A stretch of DNA of 64,000 nt, taken from Neoechinorhynchus agilis. Its lineage: Eukaryota > Animalia > Acanthocephala. Position numbers and translations under genes: made by a program. Shown here in pieces: positions 57,223 through 64,000 of the stretch (the stretch's first letter is position 1; every line of letters starts with the position of its first letter). The DNA is taken from NCBI GenBank assembly GCA_051530055.1, contig CM121341.1, forward strand, positions 2,656,151-2,720,150, read 5' to 3'. Below the pieces are notes generated by a model that saw only the letters and a program-made list of their open reading frames with translations, was not told the origin of the DNA and searched no databases.

Positions 57223-59049
57223 AGGATGTTTCTGGACAAAACGCGCACGATCTCCAGCAACGAAGCGGTGCAATGGACGATGTTTTGGATGTTCTGACGA
57301 GGTTCCCTGAGCTGAGGGGCAGAGCTTGCCAGCAGAAGGCCGAAACCAACACATCCGTAATCCCTCGGATCGTGAGTCCAAAATTCTCCCGATTTCGTAA
57401 TTTTGATCTGCTTACCACAGACTCGGAAATTGAACAGCATTGACCTCACCTCTTAGAGTACCTGAAATTTTCATTTGCTGCTTGTTCGCTACAGGTCTTT
57501 TGGACCAAAGTTAATTTTGTGAAGTTGCAGCGCCGATCCTCGCATGATCCGCGTGATCCACAGGTGGCGTGGGACAAACTTGGGGTTGTCCTTGCTTTAA
57601 GGGATAAACAAAGTGGAATAGGTGACGTCACGATCATTGTAAATTAATTGTTTGCAAGTGTTTACCGTAAACTTAACCTTCGACTAAAAGATCGCTTTAA
57701 TTTAGGCAATAAATACCATGAAATCATTTATACCACCGCTCTGGATCACTCAGCTGCTCCGCAGTCCTTGGTCATTTCGGTTTTCTTTTCTGAGTACTGT
57801 CAAATGATTGACGGCTCAAGCAGCGATTTTCAACCATTGAAAATTTCCATATCTCCCTCGGTATTATAAAAATGGATCCCTTCTAAGTAATTTTGATTGG
57901 AAATCGAAACAAAAAGCAACAAATCTCGCAACGTAATGTAAAGTTCATTCCTTAATTCATTTTCAAAAGTTAAACCACTCATCTTACCCACATCGCTGTC
58001 TACGGACGCTTTTATGCCAGCGGGCTAGCAACTTCTTAAGAGTAGACGAAAACAAGAGAAGAATAACAAATTATTGGAATATTAAGATTTTGTAAGTTTT
58101 GAACACTTCAATGAGTTATTTTATAGAGGACTCGGTAAAGTGCATATTGAGGGTTGTTAACTTTATTCGCCCAAGGTACGTCCAATTTGCATTTTCGACT
58201 GAGTACGTTCAAAAACGTTTGAAAGCACTTTGAATGCACTCGCTTTTGGAAATAAATCTAGCGATGAAATGTAAAGTTTATCCCTTTATTCATTGTTCAA
58301 AGATAAAGCACTCATCTCAACCACATCGCTGTCTACGGACGCTCCAAATAAGAGATCAAAAAGGGGTCATTAGCCGTCGTCTCTCTCCTCGTCGACCGTC
58401 ATCCTCCGGATCCGTCATCCACTTCAAAATCATGTGATCACGAGGACCCAGAGTTACATGGTTCCATTTCTTTATCAAAATAAAACGTGCTATTATGAGA
58501 GGATTTTAATTCTGCGATTATACATGTAGATATTGTAGACTTTGGATCGTTTTTTAAAAGTATAACAGACGAACAGACCAAGGTTTGTTCTAAGGGGTTT
58601 CATGATTTCATAAGAAAGAGTAGCTGTAGAGAAATGGGGCTGAGTCAGCTCTTATGTCCAAAATTCTATTATAAAATGCGAACTTTATCGACGCAAAATG
58701 GAAATCAGAGACACTTATGTTAATTACGCTATCGAAACCTGTTGATGTAAATACTAAGAAAAAAATAGTTTCGCTCCAGAAAAATTATGTAATTCACTTC
58801 TTTGATTGAACACATGGAATTTTATTCTTTAATTTTCACGGTGTTTACACAAAGGTCGTAGCCGAGAAGCTAATGTTTGTTTTTAATTCTCAGGTAAGAT
58901 CCTAAACCTTTCTTTGTATCCAATAAACGTGTTATTATAAGGATACTGAGTCCTATCGGATCTCTACTTGGAAAAGATCACTTCAATTTGAAAAAAACGC
59001 TTGTGGGTTTTTAGACCGACAGCCTTTGGATAACGATTATCGTTTGAAT

Positions 59050-60400
59050 TTATTCGCATACGGACCACGTGGGCTATTTTGAATAATGAGTAGAACAATC
59101 ATCCGTGAGCGAGTGTGGTCCATTTGTCCACTTTGGTGGTCCAGTCAACGCAGTTGGCCCATGCGAAGGGGAGAACAGAACTGAGTCTCAGGAATGTGCA
59201 GCGAAAGCTCTGGCGTTGTTCGGGCGCCCGTCCTCTAGAATAGAAGACTAGACCAGATATAGCCCAAGAGTTCCAAATAGATCTGCATTGAGGCCTAGTC
59301 GGGCAGCACGCTTTTCCTTGGCATTGGCAATTTTCAGTAGGCGTTTCATCGTATTCATGTCGGCCAAGACTGATAAATTGCTAGTGAGGGTATAGCCGAG
59401 AATGTAGAGTCTGTGGTATACTGGGAAAAAGTCAAGGGTTAAAAACTCATTGACGAACTCTCTAATGTGTCGCTTACCAAGGCAGATCTCAATTTTATTA
59501 ATAACTTATTCTTCTTTTTATTCAAGGCAAGACCCATGTGAGGTAGTTTTTCTTTTACAATTTTTAGTACTACAGCAAGTTTCGCTCGAGCTTGCACATA
59601 GTTACGCTCCTTAATTACCGCAGTCAGGTCAACCGGACAAACTGTGCAGTTTCGAACTATGTATTGAGAGGCCAAGCAGATCGAGCCAGCTGAGGTTATC
59701 CGAGAAAAAGAACCGCTTAGACCTCAAAGTATTGTGAACCCTAGCTATGAAGTTAAAAGGAAAATTAAAATACCGCATAACAATCATGATAAAATCAATA
59801 TCGATATTGTCAAATGCCTTGCTGATATCAAATGAAATCAAGATATTCATAGATCGACGGTTCTGACCAAAATTATGTAAAATTTCATTCATAGCTGAAT
59901 GAACTGATTGGCCGGGAACGAAGCCATGACAGCGCTTATCGATGAGATTATGCTCACAGGAAAAGGCGACGATCCACCCGGCAAGGATTCTCTTATAGAT
60001 GGAGACCAGCGAGTTTTGGATGGAAACATGCCTTACATCTCCCGGAGAAGATATTGATCGAACCTTACCTTTGCGTAGGAAAATCCTTTTAGCAATATAG
60101 ATTTCGGGCGAACTATTAAAGTGATAGCAAACTGTTTAAACCAACAGGAGATTCTACTGTACAGTAAAGGTTGGAGTGTCTGCGCTGGTTAAAGTCGCTG
60201 TCAATGAATCTCACAGCTGAAGAAGATACGGCACATGAAATAATGAGTGCTAAATTCGTTGGGATCGCTGAGACGAACAAGGCTGTAATCTAAAGCAAAC
60301 CAGAGGTCCAAGTATTAATAACAGTTGAAAATGAAGACTAGAGATGGCGAATAGCCCATATTCCACCGCTGAAATAGGCTTCTTAACCGAATTTAACACG
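59050..60400 (-). mobile_element. Decayed LINE ORF2
   Basis: ISFDISKAFDNID motif at ~59800-59840; the remainder is heavily disrupted. Confidence 0.5.
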
Positions 60401-61945
60401 ATATTAGCCTTTGAGACCTTGGCTTCATCATGTACGTGGCTTTGGCGTCGATGGTTGCGGCGACAGTGCCTGTAGATTTGGCTTACTTCGTATATTCAGA
60501 GATAGCAACCTATTAGAATACATTATCGCATTTCCAAAATACGAGCTTGACCAATGTAAAAGATGCTGTTTAAATTGTCTCTGTCTGTACCATGAATTAT
60601 GGTGTCCGAAATAAGAGAAGAATTGCAACTTCTATGCAAAACTGTTCACTCGTGAAGATGAACGAAAGTGCAAAGAAATTCATCAAATTATGACTTTCAA
60701 AAGGCGAGATAATGATTTCTTTAAATGGCCAAAATGAAGTTCAGAAAACACGCTGTGAACGAATACAAAAATTGGGATTTCAGTAATTATAAAGATTTTA
60801 TTAACACCTTATCATCAAGGAGCAAATGTTATTATCTTTAAAAAATGCGATAGTTGTTAACTTTTTGGGTTGTGGTAACTTCAAGGCATCTAAGGAATCA
60901 TTTAGACGATCAAATAATATAGAAATACATTAGCAATCAATAGCTCAAAATCGATTGCACAATCAAAAGATCAGATTCATTGTGAAAAACTGCACCTGGT
61001 ACGTTCCAATGCCATGCGAACCAGTCGCATAGAATTATCGAGCTTCGTGTTGCTTTAATTTCTTATAGTAACATAATTTTCAAAAAGACAATGATTTCTT
61101 GGCTTTTTCGTGAGCCTGAAATAACCCATCAGTCAATCGTGCACCACTTACGATTCATGCCAGTCCAAGCTTAGGCACAACCTTAGAGCGCTGTTTATTT
61201 CATTAATCACAATGCTTTAAAATATCCACAGCCTATCATGTTAGTTCCAGTTTACAACGTCAATAATAATTAACAGTGAACTGGACTATCGGCGGTTAAT
61301 CAGTACGCCGGTCAAAAATGGTATGCAGATGTATCCAAGTAGTTTGCCGATGGAGTGTTTTGGGGATTAGAAAGCGAAATAATAGGGACGCGGGCCCACT
61401 GAATGCCGAAATAATCGATCCGCATTTAAGCAAAAAAGCTGTTGTCAATGTTACCGGACCGACCGGCAACTTGTGCCTTTTGACCATTGGATACATCGGG
61501 AGCACCCGCAACGGGCCATTCATTACTTTCAAATCTCTTGATTGGGCGATAATTGCAGCAGTCGGCTTGGATGGAGAAGGGTTTCTTATTTGACAAATAA
61601 AAGTGTTAACATGCAAACCCCAGAAGGTACTACAATTTTGAAATTAAACAAAAGAAAGTGTAAATGTCGATATTAGCAGGGAATGTGATTGCAATTATTA
61701 TTTTGATCTACACACAGTAAATGATTATTTATTAAAGGCGTTTTGAATCTCGTCGTTTTCATTATCAGTTCTAAAATACAAGTGGTTAAGTAATTATTTC
61801 TCTCACACACGCGATTATGGCAGATTTTGTTCGCTCCTTTTTCAGCACCGCTAAATCCTCCAAATGGGAATTGAACCAACTTTTACACTACCCAACTTTT
61901 ACTGATGGACGGACACACTCCGCTATCGACCGTTCTTGACATAAC

Positions 61946-63787
61946 AATTCGATTATACACACAGTTCGCCTCTCGAATGATAGGATTCTGTTACACTGCA
62001 TCTTGGGCGTTTCAGGTGCATCTACACTCGTCGTCGGATGTTTAAAGTGGAGCACTGGAGTTCTTTTATTCGGTGCTCTAAGTGGCTTCGTTTATTTTGG
62101 ACTAAAATGATTATTCAAGGTATTTTTAGAAAGTTATTAGGATGTTGAAAAGATCGATCTTCTTATTTTGTCGCTTCACTTATCATGGCATTGAATTTTT
62201 CAAATTTATTTCAATTTTTTTTAAAAATTTGATGTTCGGTCAATTGGCGAAGTGAACGCAATACTTCGATTACTGATTTAGCGCCAGCGGAGTGATTTTG
62301 AGCTGAAAGGCCGCGTCGACGGACATTGCAGTTCAAGTTTTGCAATTTATCAGATTTTTCATCTTATATTTGACCAGGATGAAATTGCACTTGTCAAATG
62401 GTCTGATGTGATTGCTTCCAAAATTAGGTGACTTCAGGGCTTAGAATTTAAGAAATGCTGTAATAAGGTGACTTTGTTCACAAATGCCGCAAAGCAAAAT
62501 GGTAAGCGGTTTAAGGAAATAGTTTCGCTAAAGCCCTTTTACATTAATCGGAACTGTTCAAGTTCAACAGAAGTGTTACAAGGATCCATTAACAACCGCT
62601 GATCACGGGTTAACGAGATACCAATAGGAACGCAATTCGATACGGGAGCAGATGTCAGTTATACTCTGCAGATCGATTTGGAAATCTACCGGGAAGCCTA
62701 AATTAAGAAAGAGAACGATTTTAACCAGCTTCGGTGGATCCAAATTATTGGTATAAAAGAATGCCATGGGTTTCTTACAGTGGCATTAACGCAATCGAAT
62801 CCCACTGGCGGATGATGCTTAAACGAATAATACAGCTCCCCACTTTTTTAACAATGGCGCAATCTTGCGGTTTTATCAAAAGGGGCCTCGGATTTCGCTC
62901 GATAAAACATTCAGTTGTAAACTTCCGCCGCCTCGCTGGTTGTAAATTAATCTAATCAACAGTTAATTAACTATGTTTATCAGGCTCTGGAGAAGCAAAA
63001 CTCCGAAATATTAGTCAATAATAACTTTGTTTCAGCCGTTTTAATTGCTTAAATAAGAACAATCGAAAAGATAACATGCGGTTGAGAAGTAAATTCACAA
63101 TCCACGAACTCACTAAGACGAGTATCAAATCTCGGAAAATATGTCGGGAGCACTTCGAGTTCAAGGAAACTGTGGATCACATTCCATCTCATGTGTTTGG
63201 TTATCTGTTAGATACCAAACAAGTCTTTATGGACGAATTAGAACACGGTTGAAAAGCGGCTCCAATTCAAGCGCTGGGAATTGATGCTGTTCCCTCAGGT
63301 GTGATAGAGATGTCAACGTTTTCACTTTCACGATTGCCATTTTCATTAAGAAAATTTTCGCGATTCAATTAAATGTCGAAGACCCTATTCTTTCATAAAC
63401 TGTGAATTTTCAACTAGAGCTACCCGTTTTCTATTTTTTTACGATAGCCAAAAATTAAATGATAGGCACATTTCTGTCATTTTTACCTTCATTAGAGTTT
63501 GAAATCGGCAATACAAGTAGTTGAGATATCTTTCTTAAAATAAGAGTTCCCTTGTAATAGTTCAAAATTCAAAACGTTTTGCCGAAATTTATTTCAAGTT
63601 TTAAAGAGTGACAGAAAGCACAAAAATTAGCTACGAACAGCGACTTTACAAAAAGAACTTAAACGGGTAGGATCAGGCAGAAAGCTGGGCGAAATTCAAT
63701 CTTGGGAATGCAGCAAGCCAAAATAGTGGAGACCTGTAGATGGATTAAAAAAGTAAAAAATTAAAAAAGGGGAAACCAAAAAGGCCG
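61946..63787. repeat. 1.85-kb direct duplication, copy 2
   Basis: Matches 49762-51605, with an extra ~19 bp near 63537-63555. Confidence 0.92.
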
Positions 63788-64000
63788 CAAACAATTCAAA
63801 ACGTGAGAGTACCGCTTGCGTAACTTACAAGCAGAAAGCCATTGGACGGACGCTCAGTGATCGCAGTGAAAAAACTTGCAAATAACGAAAGGCAATAAAC
63901 TGAATTGTCAACCCCGAAAGCAAAACTTACAAGCAATTATTCAACCCAAAACAATCCATAGGACACACACACAAACTCACTAACGCTCGTACTGGAGAAT

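Noticed and set aside
61296-61616. Overlapping 106-aa and 91-aa ORFs
   Set aside because: No convincing motif, start context or splice signals; an NYRPI word in another frame is insufficient to call a LINE.
1-64000. Horizontally transferred bacterial or viral genes
   Set aside because: No ORF with recognisable prokaryotic or viral character and no operon-like arrangement was seen.

Overview
This is AT-rich animal (metazoan) genomic DNA, not prokaryotic. The divergent 18S and a two-domain small HSP suggest a syndermatan, most likely an acanthocephalan. That taxon call is inferred from remembered sequence signatures and has not been checked by a search. Most of the window is decayed transposable elements: Ty3/Gypsy, Penelope-like elements (PLE) carrying hammerhead ribozymes (HHR), and CRE-, R2-, RTE- and CR1/Jockey-like LINE remnants, plus direct and inverted duplications. 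A few host genes are embedded: a small secreted Cys peptide, two near-identical secreted T/E/K-rich proteins flanking a heat-shock sHSP, a CRAL-TRIO protein, a multi-pass membrane protein with 43-46 bp introns, and a CK1 pseudogene. There is a U2 snRNA locus with an internal 34-nt duplication. An isolated minus-strand rDNA segment runs 28S 3' end - IGS with spacer promoters - 18S - 5.8S - first ~350 nt of 28S, and is fused to a 121-bp satellite. The most unusual signals are three target-site-duplication (TSD)-flanked insertions with outward-facing HHR arms, one of them a 213-bp ORF-less fold-back, and a 406-bp two-LTR mini-element with a 5-bp TSD. All alignments and identities were done by eye, and boundaries of degenerate remnants are approximate.
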